DNA of 64,000 nucleotides from Methanosarcinales archaeon (GTDB lineage Archaea > Halobacteriota > UBA148 > JAUWXC01), in assembly GCA_026016205.1 (NCBI GenBank), contig CP061209.1, positions 448,433 to 512,432 of the forward strand. Direction: 5' to 3'. Of the stretch, positions 20,344-31,189 are shown one piece after another. The position numbers and the translations under genes were made by a program. The notes beneath the pieces were generated by a model that was not told where the DNA came from, did not search any database, and saw only the letters and a list, made by a program, of their open reading frames with translations. Position 1 is the first letter of the stretch; each line of letters begins with the position of its first letter.

Positions 20344-21774
20344 CTAAATTTTTTCCATCATAATGATATATTCATAGGCATACGCTAATCGGTCTGCTTT
20401 ATGGTTTGATGTAAATCTACCGGTTTTTGAGTCTCTGGTTTGTGGTAGTATTTTTGATGGTATTCTCCTTTTAACTATTTTATGTATTTTGAAACCTAGA
20501 TTTAGCATTGTCTCAACAAAAACTTCTGCATTTAAAATAGGTACTTTTTTCAATTCTGTATTTCCAATAACAATACAGGCTTTGCCTTTTAGTTTTAGAA
20601 CTCTATACATTTCTTCAAAGCATTGTTGCATTTCAAAGAAGTAGTCTCTTACTGCTTCAGATTCCCTTTTTGATTTTTTACTCAATTCTTTTATTTCCTG
20701 TTCCGCCAATTCACTTTTTATACCGTCATGAACTGACTCTTTTTTATGAATAGAACCAATAAATCCTTCCCTAAATTCTGTAACATCTTTAGCATATCCC
20801 AACCACAACGCTGTTAACTGATGTAAATCTGCGTACTCATATGATGTAACATATGGTGGAGAAGTTACAATTAAGCTAACAGAATTATCCTCACATGGCA
20901 AATTTATTGCATCTTGCTTTTCAGCTATAAGAAAATCTTTCAAATTCTTTTTTACATGATCTGGCATAATTTCAAACAATTCTTTATTTCCTTTTAACAT
21001 CCGTTTTATATGCCTCTTGAATGTAGATAATGGATCAATTGGTTGTTTCTTTAAATCTCTTGTTGGTTTTACACTTTTCATTAACCAAATTGAAGAATTT
21101 TTGAGTATCTGTGAAAATGCACAGAGACAAAAGTTTTTAATATCGTCATCTCTAATTTGATTTATCCTTCCCAAAATAATTCCTAACTCATATCTAATAT
21201 TTTCATGCGGAAACCAATAGTTAATTCGTTTGTTATCTGGAATTACGGGTTCTATTTCTATATTTGATGATGTTTTTTGTTCGTTCTTTTTCGTTTCAAT
21301 AAATAAAGTTAGATCGCCTAATAGTTGTTTTACTTCATTTTCTAATTTTGTTGGTTCTATCGGTGTAGTCTTCACTTTTGTTATTAACCATGCAACAGGA
21401 TTTATGTCAACCCCAACTGCTTTTCTTCCTGAAACTAGAGATTCTACCAAAGTAGTCCCACAGCCCATAAACGGATCACAAACAATTTCATCTATGGTAG
21501 TATATTTTTCTATACATCTCCTTGCTAACTGAGGAATAAATTTAGCAGGATACCTATGGTAGCCGTGTGTTGCATAAGAAGTGTCTTTTCTTGACAAATC
21601 CTCAAATGCCCAAACAGTATCTTCAGCTAAATTATTAAATATTTGTAAAATTTCAACTTGTAGATTTGTTTTAATAGGTTCTATCATACTCCTTTTCTTC
21701 ATATTTACTAACGGTGAATTGTTTTTCTTTACTAGTTCCTCAAACAATAATGGCATATTAACTTCTTCCCCCAC
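20344..21774 (-). CDS. N4-cytosine DNA methyltransferase (alpha-type motif order)
   Basis: THGYHRYPAKFIPQ, DPFMGCGTT, TSPPY; start may be a downstream ATG. Confidence 0.88.
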   Translation of the reverse strand: MGEEVNMPLLFEELVKKNNSPLVNMKKRSMIEPIKTNLQVEILQIFNNLAEDTVWAFEDLSRKDTSYATHGYHRYPAKFIPQLARRCIEKYTTIDEIVCDPFMGCGTTLVESLVSGRKAVGVDINPVAWLITKVKTTPIEPTKLENEVKQLLGDLTLFIETKKNEQKTSSNIEIEPVIPDNKRINYWFPHENIRYELGIILGRINQIRDDDIKNFCLCAFSQILKNSSIWLMKSVKPTRDLKKQPIDPLSTFKRHIKRMLKGNKELFEIMPDHVKKNLKDFLIAEKQDAINLPCEDNSVSLIVTSPPYVTSYEYADLHQLTALWLGYAKDVTEFREGFIGSIHKKESVHDGIKSELAEQEIKELSKKSKRESEAVRDYFFEMQQCFEEMYRVLKLKGKACIVIGNTELKKVPILNAEVFVETMLNLGFKIHKIVKRRIPSKILPQTRDSKTGRFTSNHKADRLAYAYEYIIMMEKI

Positions 21775-21803
21775 CTTTATTATTCTTCTTTATACCCTCT
21801 AAT

Positions 21804-23096
21804 CTATATCTTTAACCCAAACTCTCCCAACCGCTCTCTCGCGCCCTCTCGCGCATCCTGGTGCTCCTTCAGGAATTTGGCCATTAACTCTGCGGCGAGT
21901 ACTTTGCACTTTCCGCAGGTGCGCTTGCCTCCCTTGCATTCGCTGTATATTTCTGTGACTTGCTTATCGTCTTCGAGCAGGTGGAACAGTAGTAACTCGT
22001 AGACCGTGCAGTTCTGGGGCTCTCCGCCGGAGCGGCGCTGCTCTGTCATGGTGACTTTGCCCCCTGTCTTCGCCTTCTTCACCTTCGCAGCCGCGGTTTC
22101 AGGCGATTCCGTGAGCGCGACAATGCTGTCCGGAATCGTGCTGGACATCTTGCCACCACTCAATCCGCTCATGAAGCGATGATATGTTGATGCAGGAGGG
22201 TAAAAGCCATAGCCACCATGCTCGATTTCGACCTCACGCACAATCGATGCGATTTTATCAATGTCTCCATTTTCATAAACGTCCACATGTTCAGCATATG
22301 CCTTGACCTTGCCATCCACTCTCCCGGCAATCTCGTGCATGGCTGCCTTGTTCGCGGTCTTGGCTCTTATGCTGATGTGCCCCTTGCGCGCTTCCACCTT
22401 GAACATCCTCATCCTGTTCGCAATGTCCCTTGTAATGCGGATGTGCGGGTCCTGGTCTGCCCCAACGGGAATCACAACGGGCTTGGGTCCGCCAAACTCT
22501 GTCAGTTGAGGGTGCAGAATGTCCGCGCTCTGAACCAGCGTGCTCAATATATGTGATATATGGGTTTCACCAGAAAAACCATAGATGGCACTTAATTCGG
22601 ACAGATTTGCTTCGACTCCGAGCTCAAATGCCAGGTCTTTTACAACAGGGCACTTCGATTGAAAATAGATGCGACCATCTGGCTGGAAGCCGAGCGCAAT
22701 CAAGCTGAGTATGTAATCTTTGCCAATCTCGGCGCAGTCCTTCCAGGATATCTTCCGCACTGAGTGCGCCTCCATGTCTGCAACGGCAAAGAACGTCTGC
22801 GCACCCATCTGCTGGTGCCATATGATTTCGTCCATCACCATTTTATGGCCGAGGTGGACGCGGCCAGATGGCATGAACCCGCTCATGACAGCAAATGGCA
22901 TCTTGTTCTTCATCGCATTCAATATCTGGTGATAATCCCTGTGGCCAAAGATGATGTGTCGCCTCATGTACTTGTGTGGGTTAGGCACATCAGGCAGAAT
23001 ATCCTCAAAGGGCGAGATACCAAATTCATCAAATAATTTCGAATAATCTTTAATGTTCACTGTGCCCCATGGGTCAAGTTTCGTCTTGCGCTTCAT
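21804..23096 (-). CDS. trpS: Tryptophanyl-tRNA synthetase
   Basis: [26 protein letters not shown]. Confidence 0.96.
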   Translation of the reverse strand: MKRKTKLDPWGTVNIKDYSKLFDEFGISPFEDILPDVPNPHKYMRRHIIFGHRDYHQILNAMKNKMPFAVMSGFMPSGRVHLGHKMVMDEIIWHQQMGAQTFFAVADMEAHSVRKISWKDCAEIGKDYILSLIALGFQPDGRIYFQSKCPVVKDLAFELGVEANLSELSAIYGFSGETHISHILSTLVQSADILHPQLTEFGGPKPVVIPVGADQDPHIRITRDIANRMRMFKVEARKGHISIRAKTANKAAMHEIAGRVDGKVKAYAEHVDVYENGDIDKIASIVREVEIEHGGYGFYPPASTYHRFMSGLSGGKMSSTIPDSIVALTESPETAAAKVKKAKTGGKVTMTEQRRSGGEPQNCTVYELLLFHLLEDDKQVTEIYSECKGGKRTCGKCKVLAAELMAKFLKEHQDAREGARERLGEFGLKI

Positions 23097-24139
23097 AGCT
23101 TGGTCCGTCCTATGTCGATGTACCCTACATTTTTACCTGTTACATATCCAAATATCATTCGCTTCCTGACACTCTGTGCTAGCCTTATTGCCCTAGATAG
23201 CTCTGGTAGTAGAAACACATGGTCTTTTGAGATGGCGTGCACCAGGTATTTCGAGTGTATCAATCTATCAAGAGATTCCACTTTCTCATAGGCGCGAAAA
23301 TGACTGCCGAATTTGAAACCCGTCTTAGCAACCATCCCATTCTCTCTTAGATTTTCATAGACTCTGAGCTTGTGCCCAAAATCTGCCTCGATTTTAGATG
23401 CCCTTTTTGTGAACGTCTTAAGATCGATGACCTTACTAGTGGCATCAGTAACCTTAAGAACCTTCTTTTTCATCAAGTACGCGGACTCAACAAGAGAGAG
23501 CTGCAATCGCTCTTCATCCAGCGGCTTTCCAAAAAAGCCTTTTTGGTGTAACACCTTGACTAAAGCCGAATCCCATACGATGACCCTGTCCTCCAACAAC
23601 GTGCCATCTCCCTTGCCACCTGTGAATTTCGTCTCGCCCTTCATGCTCGTCTTTTTGACATCATAAAACGTTATGTCACTCTCTTCATCCACGACGGCTA
23701 GGATGATGTGCTTTCGCATATTTTCTGCAATCTCTAGATAGTGTAGTATGTTTGCCAATGGAAGGGGCTCTCGCTCAGATATCGCGCGCACGAAATACAT
23801 AGCGCGTGTTTTTCCTGGCTTCCCTCCTCTCGGATACAGTCTAAAATCAGTTACACTTGGCTGTACATAGTATCCTCTTCCTCGCATGTCCTTGTAGACG
23901 ATGTACTTCAATTCGAAGTTCTTCATTAAAGTGGATGCAATCACAAAAAACTCCTTGAAGTCCAGAGGTTCTTCGTCATGGACGATGGAAATTTTCCCCT
24001 CTTTAAGCAGGTAAGCAGCTTCTACCAGGGATAACTCGAGCTTTCCCTCCTTGGGGCGTCCATAGTAACTGGTGCTGTATAATTTGGTGATGGCATCTTC
24101 GCCAAGTACGACCCTGTCTCCGATTAATTCGCCGTGCAT
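23093..24139 (-). CDS. endA: tRNA-splicing endonuclease (alpha2, two repeats)
   Basis: Duplicated [38 protein letters not shown]. Confidence 0.93.
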   Translation of the reverse strand: MHGELIGDRVVLGEDAITKLYSTSYYGRPKEGKLELSLVEAAYLLKEGKISIVHDEEPLDFKEFFVIASTLMKNFELKYIVYKDMRGRGYYVQPSVTDFRLYPRGGKPGKTRAMYFVRAISEREPLPLANILHYLEIAENMRKHIILAVVDEESDITFYDVKKTSMKGETKFTGGKGDGTLLEDRVIVWDSALVKVLHQKGFFGKPLDEERLQLSLVESAYLMKKKVLKVTDATSKVIDLKTFTKRASKIEADFGHKLRVYENLRENGMVAKTGFKFGSHFRAYEKVESLDRLIHSKYLVHAISKDHVFLLPELSRAIRLAQSVRKRMIFGYVTGKNVGYIDIGRTKL

Positions 24140-24214
24140 AGTATTACACCCAATCAACGTTTTGATAAGTCTTATATCTTCTTAGGATTAGTGAGTATGG
24201 CAAACGGTGGTCAA

Positions 24215-25315
24215 ATGAACGCGATAAAAATTGCAATCGCCGGTGTCGGTAACTGTGCATCCTCCCTGATACAGGGCCTTTTTTATTACAAGGACGTCGA
24301 TACAAATAATGCATTGATCCCAGGCCTGATGCACAACGTTCTGGGTGGATACAAGATCTCCAACATTAAACCAGTAGCAGCTTTTGATGTTGATAAAAGA
24401 AAGGTCGGAAAAGATTTATCAGAGGCGATTTTCGCAAAGCCCAACTGCACCAAGATATTTTGCAATGACGTTCCCAACATGGGCGTAGAGGTCAAGATGG
24501 GGCCTGTACTGGATGGAGTTGCAGACCACATGCGGGATTATCCCGAAGATAGAACATTCGTTATCGCAGATGAGAGGCCGGTGGACGTTGCAGATGAATT
24601 GAAAAAGAGCGGAGCTGAAATATTGATAAACTATCTGCCAGTCGGAGGCGAGGAGGCAGTTGAACATTATGCCAGAGCTTGCTTGGATGCAGGTGTTGCC
24701 TTCATTAATTGCATGCCAGTTTTCATCGTTTCAAACCAGGAGTGGGCAAAAAAGTTTGAGAAAAAAGGGCTGCCGATAATTGGAGATGACATAAAGTCAC
24801 AAGTTGGCGCAACCATAGTTCACAGAACCATGGCGAAATTATTCTCGGACAGAGGGGTAAAAATCGATAGGACGTATCAACTGAACACTGGCGGGAACAC
24901 AGATTTCCTAAATATGCTGGAGAGATCGAGGTTGGTTAGCAAAAAGATTAGCAAAACAGAATCCGTGCAATCCCAAATGCCAGTCCCTATGGACCACGAT
25001 GATATCCACATAGGTCCAAGCGATTATGTGCCATGGCTGTTGGATAATAAGGTAGCATTCATACGAATTGAGGGCAGGAAGTTTGGAGACGCACCTGTCA
25101 ATCTTGAGATGAGGCTGAGCGTCGAGGATTCTCCCAATTCTGCTGGCTGTGCGATAGACGCCATCAGGTGCTGTAAATTGGCGCTGGATAGGACAATCAG
25201 TGGACCATTGATTTCCATCTCCGCATACACCATGAAAAGACCGCCACAGCAGTTTCCGGATGCTGTAGCACGTCAGATGGTAGAAGAGTTCATCAAAGGA
25301 GAACGAGTCAGGTGA
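24215..25315 (+). CDS. ino1: myo-inositol-1-phosphate synthase
   Basis: GVGNCASSL, GDDIKSQVGAT, GGNTDFLNM, EDSPNSAG. Confidence 0.95.
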   Translation: MNAIKIAIAGVGNCASSLIQGLFYYKDVDTNNALIPGLMHNVLGGYKISNIKPVAAFDVDKRKVGKDLSEAIFAKPNCTKIFCNDVPNMGVEVKMGPVLDGVADHMRDYPEDRTFVIADERPVDVADELKKSGAEILINYLPVGGEEAVEHYARACLDAGVAFINCMPVFIVSNQEWAKKFEKKGLPIIGDDIKSQVGATIVHRTMAKLFSDRGVKIDRTYQLNTGGNTDFLNMLERSRLVSKKISKTESVQSQMPVPMDHDDIHIGPSDYVPWLLDNKVAFIRIEGRKFGDAPVNLEMRLSVEDSPNSAGCAIDAIRCCKLALDRTISGPLISISAYTMKRPPQQFPDAVARQMVEEFIKGERVR

Positions 25316-25917
25316 CCCTCTACAAAAATAAGGAAAAATTCGAGAGAATTTCCATCAAGGTGGGAATAATATTCAGCAGGCTAGGGTTATCTCCCAACCA
25401 GTGGACTCTTTCCAGTTTAATACCGGCTCTCATCGCTTTTTATCTTCTAACGTCCAGCCGATTTATTCCTGCCGGGATTTTCTTTTTCATCTCCGCGTTC
25501 ATTGACCTCGTTGATGGCTCGGTCGCAAGGGTTACCGGGCGCGTGACAAAACTTGGCGCCTATTTAGATACTATAATAGACCGGTATGTGGAATTTCTGA
25601 TAATCTTTGCCCTGCTGTTCTGCCCCCTTCCCGATTTCACAATTCCAATCTACTGCTGGATCCTCGTCTTCTTATTCGGCTCAATGATGACGTCGTATGC
25701 AAAGGCGGCGGCATGTGATAAACTCGGAAAAGATGTAAGAGGGGGCATCGTGGAGAGGGCAGAGAGAATTGCGCTACTATGCATTGGCATTTTGCTGGCT
25801 CACTTCGACAGAGTTTACTTGACCTATATAATAGTAATTTTGGCTGTCCTAACTAACATCAGCGCTCTACAAAGGCTTGCTGCTGCAATCAGGAAGAACG
25901 GATCTGCTGGGATTTGA
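25312..25917 (+). CDS. CDP-alcohol phosphatidyltransferase (archaetidylinositol phosphate synthase)
   Basis: SPNQWT, DLVDGSVAR...GAYLDTIIDR; coupled to ino1. Confidence 0.88.
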   Translation: MTLYKNKEKFERISIKVGIIFSRLGLSPNQWTLSSLIPALIAFYLLTSSRFIPAGIFFFISAFIDLVDGSVARVTGRVTKLGAYLDTIIDRYVEFLIIFALLFCPLPDFTIPIYCWILVFLFGSMMTSYAKAAACDKLGKDVRGGIVERAERIALLCIGILLAHFDRVYLTYIIVILAVLTNISALQRLAAAIRKNGSAGI

Positions 25918-25971
25918 ACCCAGGTCATCGGGTTCGAAGCCCGAAAGGATAGTCCACTACCCCACAGACCC
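25899..25971 (-). tRNA. tRNA-Arg(TCG)
   Basis: GGGTCTG/CAGATCC acceptor stem, TCGGG-CTTCGAA-CCCGA anticodon arm, GGTTCAAATCC T arm; no encoded CCA. Confidence 0.93.
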
Positions 25972-25993
25972 GATACATATTCAAGCGCTGCTC

Positions 25994-26000
25994 TATTATA
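25994..26000 (-). promoter_or_regulatory. Probable TATA box for tRNA-Arg
   Basis: TATAATA 23-29 nt upstream of the tRNA 5' end, preceded by CGCAAAC. Confidence 0.5.
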
Positions 26001-26031
26001 GTTTGCGTGAAAGTAAGCAACTGGGATTACC

Positions 26032-26448
26032 ATGATTCTGTCAAGCAAAGAGATAAAAAGAAGAATTGAAAACGATCTGGTCATTGAGCCATTTGGCGAA
26101 GAATCGCTTCAGCCCGCCTCGTATGACCTTAGGGCAGGAGTTGACGTTACGATACTGCCGAAGACACTCAAGTTGATGTCATCGCTCGAGTATGTGGAGC
26201 TACCTCATGATGTTGCAGGAGTTCTCCGCACCAGGTCGTCATATGCTCGAAAAGGTCTCGTTTTAGGTGGCGGCTTTATTGACCCAGGATTCAGGGGAAA
26301 TCTAACACTCTGCCTGAGCAATATGAGCGAAAAAGAAATAGAATTGAAGAAGGGCGAAAGAATAGTCCAGATGCTCCTGCTTCAGGTAAAGGCGCCGAGC
26401 GAAGCATATAATGGACAATACCAGGATTCTAGAGGAGCCGTAAGATAA
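26032..26448 (+). CDS. dcd: dCTP deaminase/dUTPase family protein
   Basis: LQPASYDLR, RSSYARKGL, IDPGFRGNLT, YNGQYQ. Confidence 0.85.
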   Translation: MILSSKEIKRRIENDLVIEPFGEESLQPASYDLRAGVDVTILPKTLKLMSSLEYVELPHDVAGVLRTRSSYARKGLVLGGGFIDPGFRGNLTLCLSNMSEKEIELKKGERIVQMLLLQVKAPSEAYNGQYQDSRGAVR

Positions 26449-26543
26449 ATCATGGCATTCTCCGGAAGAAAAAGGGCAAGTATTAAGATAACAAATGAAA
26501 ATAGCATCAGGGTCAACATTAGTTATTTTGTGGGGTAGAAAAT

Positions 26544-28133
26544 ATGGCTGACATATACGCAAATGCAAGATCCACAACTGGCACTGCTACGCGGGTGAAG
26601 GACATAAGTCCCACAAGCGGCATGTGCCCAATTTGTGTAAAGAGTTGTAACGTCTTATGTGAAATCAGCAAGTCTGCGTTCAGGGGCAGAGAGGTATTGT
26701 ATCCGGCGCCTGAAGAGTTCGGACATAGCACGGCTGCATCCAATAAGGATTATGGGCTGGACTGGTCGCATTTCCAGATACTGACCGAGGTATTGGGAGC
26801 AGAAGGAATCGAGCCAGAACCAGACAAGGCGGTTTTCCCGGCAGTGGACATTAAAACGTCTGTCGGAGGGGTGCCACTTAAAGTGCCCGTATTCACGGCA
26901 GGACTGGGGTCCACGGCGGTAGCGAAAAATTACTGGGATGGGTTGGCCGTAGGTGCGGCAATCTCCGGCACAATCCAGGTAATTGGAGAGAATGTCTGCG
27001 GAATGGACATGAACTCGAAAGTCACGGATGGACAGGTAACGCACTCAGACGACCTCAAGTACAGGGTTGAGAAATACAGGGAATTCTGGGATGGTGTGCA
27101 TGGTGACATTGTCGTCCAGACCAATGTGGAAGACATGCGGTTGGGTGTGGACAAGTACGCTCTTTCCAAGTTAGAAGTTAATGTCATCGAGAGAAAATGG
27201 GGACAGGGTGCCAAAGCAATCGGCGGCGAGGTGAGAATATCAGACCTTGCCAAGGCGATAGAACTGAAAAGAAGAGGGTACGTTGTGATTCCAGATCCAG
27301 AGGACGAGAGCGTACAAAAGGCATTCAAAGAGGGCACATTCAAGACATTTGAGAGGCACAGCAGGGTCGGATTCCCTACGCACGAGTGTTTTGTAGAGGA
27401 TGTAGAAAACCTCAGAAAGCAGGGTGCCAAACATGTATTCCTCAAGACCGGAGCATACAGGCCTGCAGTAGTGGCATTCACGCTCAAGGCGGCATCGGAG
27501 GCGAAGATCGATTTGCTCACATTCGATGGTGCAGGCGGAGGGACGGGCATGAGCCCAGTGCCGATGATGAACGAGTGCAGTACGCCCACAGTGTATCTGC
27601 AGGCACAGGTCATGAAATGTATAGGATTGTTGAAAAAGAAGGGCAGATATGTGCCAGATATCGCATTTGCCGGCGGGTTCGTCAACGAGGCGCAGATATT
27701 CAAGTCGATTGCGATGAGCAATCTCGGTGATGGTCCGCATGTGAAGGCGATAGCAATGGCCAGGGCCCCAATAACCGCGGTGATGAAGTCAGAGCACTTT
27801 GTAGAGCTTGCGAAGGAAAACAAATTGCCAAAGTCATTTGTGGAGAAATACGGCGCGAATCCAGAGCAGTTCTTCATCATGATGTCCGAGTTGGAGGAGA
27901 CGTATGGCGCGCGCGCCAAGGATATCCCAGCTGGAGCGGTTGGGCTGTATACCTACTACGTGGACCGGCTTGGAATAGGGCTTAAGCAGTTGCTGGCAGG
28001 TTCGAGAAGGTTCAAGTTGGATCTGCTGAGCAGAAATGACATAGCATCCTTATCAGAGGTTGCAGCAAAAGTCACTGGCATTCCTACGCTCGAAGAGATT
28101 GAGAACGATGCCATAGAGAGTATTCTTGGCTAA
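26544..28133 (+). CDS. FMN-binding glutamate synthase family protein (archaeal stand-alone)
   Basis: N-terminal CPxCxxxCxxxC, KWGQGAKAIGGE, DGAGGGTGMSP. Confidence 0.85.
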   Translation: MADIYANARSTTGTATRVKDISPTSGMCPICVKSCNVLCEISKSAFRGREVLYPAPEEFGHSTAASNKDYGLDWSHFQILTEVLGAEGIEPEPDKAVFPAVDIKTSVGGVPLKVPVFTAGLGSTAVAKNYWDGLAVGAAISGTIQVIGENVCGMDMNSKVTDGQVTHSDDLKYRVEKYREFWDGVHGDIVVQTNVEDMRLGVDKYALSKLEVNVIERKWGQGAKAIGGEVRISDLAKAIELKRRGYVVIPDPEDESVQKAFKEGTFKTFERHSRVGFPTHECFVEDVENLRKQGAKHVFLKTGAYRPAVVAFTLKAASEAKIDLLTFDGAGGGTGMSPVPMMNECSTPTVYLQAQVMKCIGLLKKKGRYVPDIAFAGGFVNEAQIFKSIAMSNLGDGPHVKAIAMARAPITAVMKSEHFVELAKENKLPKSFVEKYGANPEQFFIMMSELEETYGARAKDIPAGAVGLYTYYVDRLGIGLKQLLAGSRRFKLDLLSRNDIASLSEVAAKVTGIPTLEEIENDAIESILG

Positions 28134-28148
28134 GGTTAGTGACAATAA

Positions 28149-28958
28149 ATGAAAAAAATTATTCCTTGCTTAGATACAACGCTTGACGAAAAGGGGAACG
28201 CCGTAGTGGTCAAGGGCGTGGAATTTGAAGAACTTAAATATGCCGGCGACCCGGTTGAACTTGCGAGAAAGTACGATAGAGAAGGGGCGGATGAACTCGT
28301 TTTTCTGGACATTACCGCCTCGACAGAGGGGCGAGAGAGGATGGCCGATATACCGAGAAAGATAGTGGAGCAAATCTCAATTCCACTGTGCGTTGGAGGT
28401 GGCATAAGAACTTTGGATGATTTCAAGAAGGTCTTTGACGCTGGGGCAGCCAAAGCAGGCGTTAACACTGCCGCGGTCAAAAATCCTGAATTGATAAGGG
28501 ATGCTGCAAAGGAGTTCGGTTCTGAACGAGTGGTGGCTGCGGTTGACTGCAAGCGTGCATTTGATAGCACAGAGAACAAAACCATGCTGGAACTCGAAGA
28601 TGGTAGCAAGGCATGGTACGACGTTGTCATCCATGGAGGCAAGACATCGACAGGGAAGGACGCCGTCCAGTGGGCATTGGAAGTGGAGAGATTGGGCGCT
28701 GGCGCAATTTTACTCACCTCTAAAGACAGAGATGGAACCAAAGATGGGTATGACATACCCATCACCAGAGCAATAGCAGAGGCAGTTGACATACCTGTAA
28801 TTGCATCAGGAGGATGTGGCAACCTGGAGCACATGTACGAGGCGTTTGCTAATGGAGTGGATGCATGCCTGGCTGCAAGCATATTTCATTATGGGGAATA
28901 TACAATCAAAGAGGCAAAGGAATATCTAAAAGCAAAAGGCATCCAGGTTAAGATATAA
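28149..28958 (+). CDS. hisF: Imidazole glycerol phosphate synthase cyclase subunit
   Basis: [34 protein letters not shown]. Confidence 0.96.
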   Translation: MKKIIPCLDTTLDEKGNAVVVKGVEFEELKYAGDPVELARKYDREGADELVFLDITASTEGRERMADIPRKIVEQISIPLCVGGGIRTLDDFKKVFDAGAAKAGVNTAAVKNPELIRDAAKEFGSERVVAAVDCKRAFDSTENKTMLELEDGSKAWYDVVIHGGKTSTGKDAVQWALEVERLGAGAILLTSKDRDGTKDGYDIPITRAIAEAVDIPVIASGGCGNLEHMYEAFANGVDACLAASIFHYGEYTIKEAKEYLKAKGIQVKI

Positions 28959-29015
28959 CCTCCTTTTAGTAAATATCATATAGGGAGAGCTCAATTCATT
29001 GGTAGAGTGATTCGT

Positions 29016-30347
29016 GTGAGTGCAAAAGCTGTAGACAGGATATATGAGTTGGTTGAAAAACACGATGTAAGATTCGTTAGGCTGCAGTTCATAGACATTA
29101 TGGGCATCGTGAAAAACGTGGCAATCCCCATCTCACAATTAGAGAAGGCACTCGCAGGCGAATTGATGTTCGACGGTTCTTCTATTGAAGGATTTGTGCG
29201 AATCGAAGAATCTGACATGTATCTGAAGCCAGACCCGGCCACTTTTACCATTTTTCCATGGAAATCAAATGGCGTCACGGTTGCACGACTGATATGTGAT
29301 GTATATAATTCTGATGACAAACCGTTCGAGGGCTGCCCGAGAAACAATCTAAAAAAGGTACTGAACGAAGCAGAGAAGCTGGGATTCACGATGAACGCGG
29401 GCCCAGAGGCGGAATTCTTCCTCTTCTTGAAAGATGAAAATGGTGGCGTGACCACAAAAACGCATGACCAGGGCGGCTATTTTGACCTGTCTCCCGTGGA
29501 TTTGGGCGAAAATGCAAGGAGGGATACAGTGCTAACTCTTGAAGATATGGGGTTTGAGATTGAAGCATCTCATCATGAAGTTGCCCCCGGCCAGCATGAG
29601 ATTGACTTCAAGCATGCAGATGCGCTTACGACAGCGGACCGCTTGGTAACATTAAAGTTCGTAGTCAGAATTGTCGCACAAAAGCACGGTTTGCACGCGA
29701 CGTTCATGCCAAAGCCGCTCTTTGGAGAATATGGCTCTGGAATGCATGTGCACCAGTCCTTGTTCAAGAATGGCAAGAATGCATTCTATGATCCGAACTC
29801 GTCATACCAACTGAGCGATGTTGCCAGGCATTATATGGGTGGATTGCTGGTCCATGCAAAGGGGTACACGGCAATCACAAACCAGTTGGTCAACTCGTAC
29901 AAGCGGCTTGTACCAGGGTACGAAGCGCCGGTATACATCGCATGGTCAGAGCAGAACAGGTCTCCATTGGTGAGAGTGCCCGCACGCAGAGAGGCCGGAA
30001 CAAGAGTAGAATTGCGAAATCCAGATCCAGCATGCAATCCCTATCTTGCAATATCAGTGATGTTAAAAGCTGGCTTGGACGGCATCAAGAACAAAATCGA
30101 CCTTGGTGAGCCAGTTAACAAGAATATATACACGATGTCCCTTCAGGAAAGGAGGGAACTGGGAATCAAAACGCTTCCGAAAAGTCTTGATGAAGCGCTG
30201 GACGAGCTTGCTAAAGATGAGGTAATTAAATCTGCATTAGGCGAGCATATCTACGAGCATTTTGTCGATGCCAAGCGGGCAGAATGGAGCGCATACAGGG
30301 CGCAAGTACATCAGTGGGAAGTCGACAGGTACATCAGCGTTTTTTAA
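29016..30347 (+). CDS. glnA: Glutamine synthetase type I
   Basis: [36 protein letters not shown] start at 29016 (SD-like GAGTGA) or 29007. Confidence 0.97.
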   Translation: MSAKAVDRIYELVEKHDVRFVRLQFIDIMGIVKNVAIPISQLEKALAGELMFDGSSIEGFVRIEESDMYLKPDPATFTIFPWKSNGVTVARLICDVYNSDDKPFEGCPRNNLKKVLNEAEKLGFTMNAGPEAEFFLFLKDENGGVTTKTHDQGGYFDLSPVDLGENARRDTVLTLEDMGFEIEASHHEVAPGQHEIDFKHADALTTADRLVTLKFVVRIVAQKHGLHATFMPKPLFGEYGSGMHVHQSLFKNGKNAFYDPNSSYQLSDVARHYMGGLLVHAKGYTAITNQLVNSYKRLVPGYEAPVYIAWSEQNRSPLVRVPARREAGTRVELRNPDPACNPYLAISVMLKAGLDGIKNKIDLGEPVNKNIYTMSLQERRELGIKTLPKSLDEALDELAKDEVIKSALGEHIYEHFVDAKRAEWSAYRAQVHQWEVDRYISVF

Positions 30348-31146
30348 TGATTAGACTGAAATTCAGCCATCTCGCCGAATGTGTTAACATGCCCATAGAA
30401 ATCACATCCGCGCCTGTATCTGCATAATTATCCAAATTATCAAGCGTGATTCCGCCAGATGCTTCAAGTTTCACACGTTCACGCAGACCGTTTTCTTTTA
30501 ACAATCTAATCGCGTCCTTGATTTTATCCGGACTCATATTATCAAACATTATTATATCAGCGCCGAGTTGTGCTGCCTTAAGCGCATCCGCAACGTTGTC
30601 GACCTCTACCTCTATTTCTTTCTTGGGATACATCCTCTTCGCGTTTTTAATCGCGTTTTCCAGCCCTGCAACTGCAATATGGTTATCCTTGAGCAATACG
30701 GCTTCAGCCAAATTATACCGGTGTGGACATCCTCCCCCTAACATAATGGCTTTTTTCTCGAATTCTCTGAACCCTGGCGTGGTTTTTCTGGTGCCAGCGA
30801 CTGTGACGCCCTTGCTCCTCTGGACACACTCTCTGGTTATGGTAGCAATGCCGCTCATCCTACCCAGGATGTTCAGCGCCGTTCGCTCTGCCGCGAGAAT
30901 GAACCTAGCGTTTCCACTTATCTCCAGAACAACGTCGTCCCTCTTGATTTTGGCACCATCGCTAAACACAGTCTGCGTCTCAAGCCCAAAGTGCTCGAAT
31001 ACCTGCTTCCCTTCCTCAAGTCCGGCCAAGACGCCATCTTCACAGGCTTTGATGTGCGCTTTAACGTGAACATCCGGAACCACCGCTCCAGAAATGTCTC
31101 CGGAGCCAATGTCTTCCTTGAGAAATCGCTCTAGGTCGGGCATCAC
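30334..31146 (-). CDS. nadC: Nicotinate-nucleotide pyrophosphorylase (carboxylating)
   Basis: TRKTTPG, LKDNH, EVEVD, EASGGI. Confidence 0.95.
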   Translation of the reverse strand: MMPDLERFLKEDIGSGDISGAVVPDVHVKAHIKACEDGVLAGLEEGKQVFEHFGLETQTVFSDGAKIKRDDVVLEISGNARFILAAERTALNILGRMSGIATITRECVQRSKGVTVAGTRKTTPGFREFEKKAIMLGGGCPHRYNLAEAVLLKDNHIAVAGLENAIKNAKRMYPKKEIEVEVDNVADALKAAQLGADIIMFDNMSPDKIKDAIRLLKENGLRERVKLEASGGITLDNLDNYADTGADVISMGMLTHSARWLNFSLIIKKR

Positions 31147-31189
31147 AATTTCACCGTAACAATTTCATACTTCGGATATATTAGTTTCC

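Larger units (their letters stand above)
17065..21790. other. AT-rich defence island (type II R-M plus OLD-like gene); no mobility gene seen
   Basis: Abrupt GC drop (hand counts 12/60 at lines 19741 and 19921 versus 36/60 at line 21841 in trpS); four co-oriented defence genes. Confidence 0.85.

Noticed and set aside
17065..21790. Transposon or provirus as carrier of the island
   Set aside because: No integrase, transposase, terminal repeats, target duplication or tRNA att duplication seen
26930..28882. Long antisense ORFs (329 aa and 248 aa, and similar ones elsewhere)
   Set aside because: Shadows of well-supported genes on the opposite strand, with no recognisable motifs
26449..29015. NrpR operators before the glutamate synthase-like gene or glnA
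   Set aside because: No GGAA-N6-TTCC in either spacer
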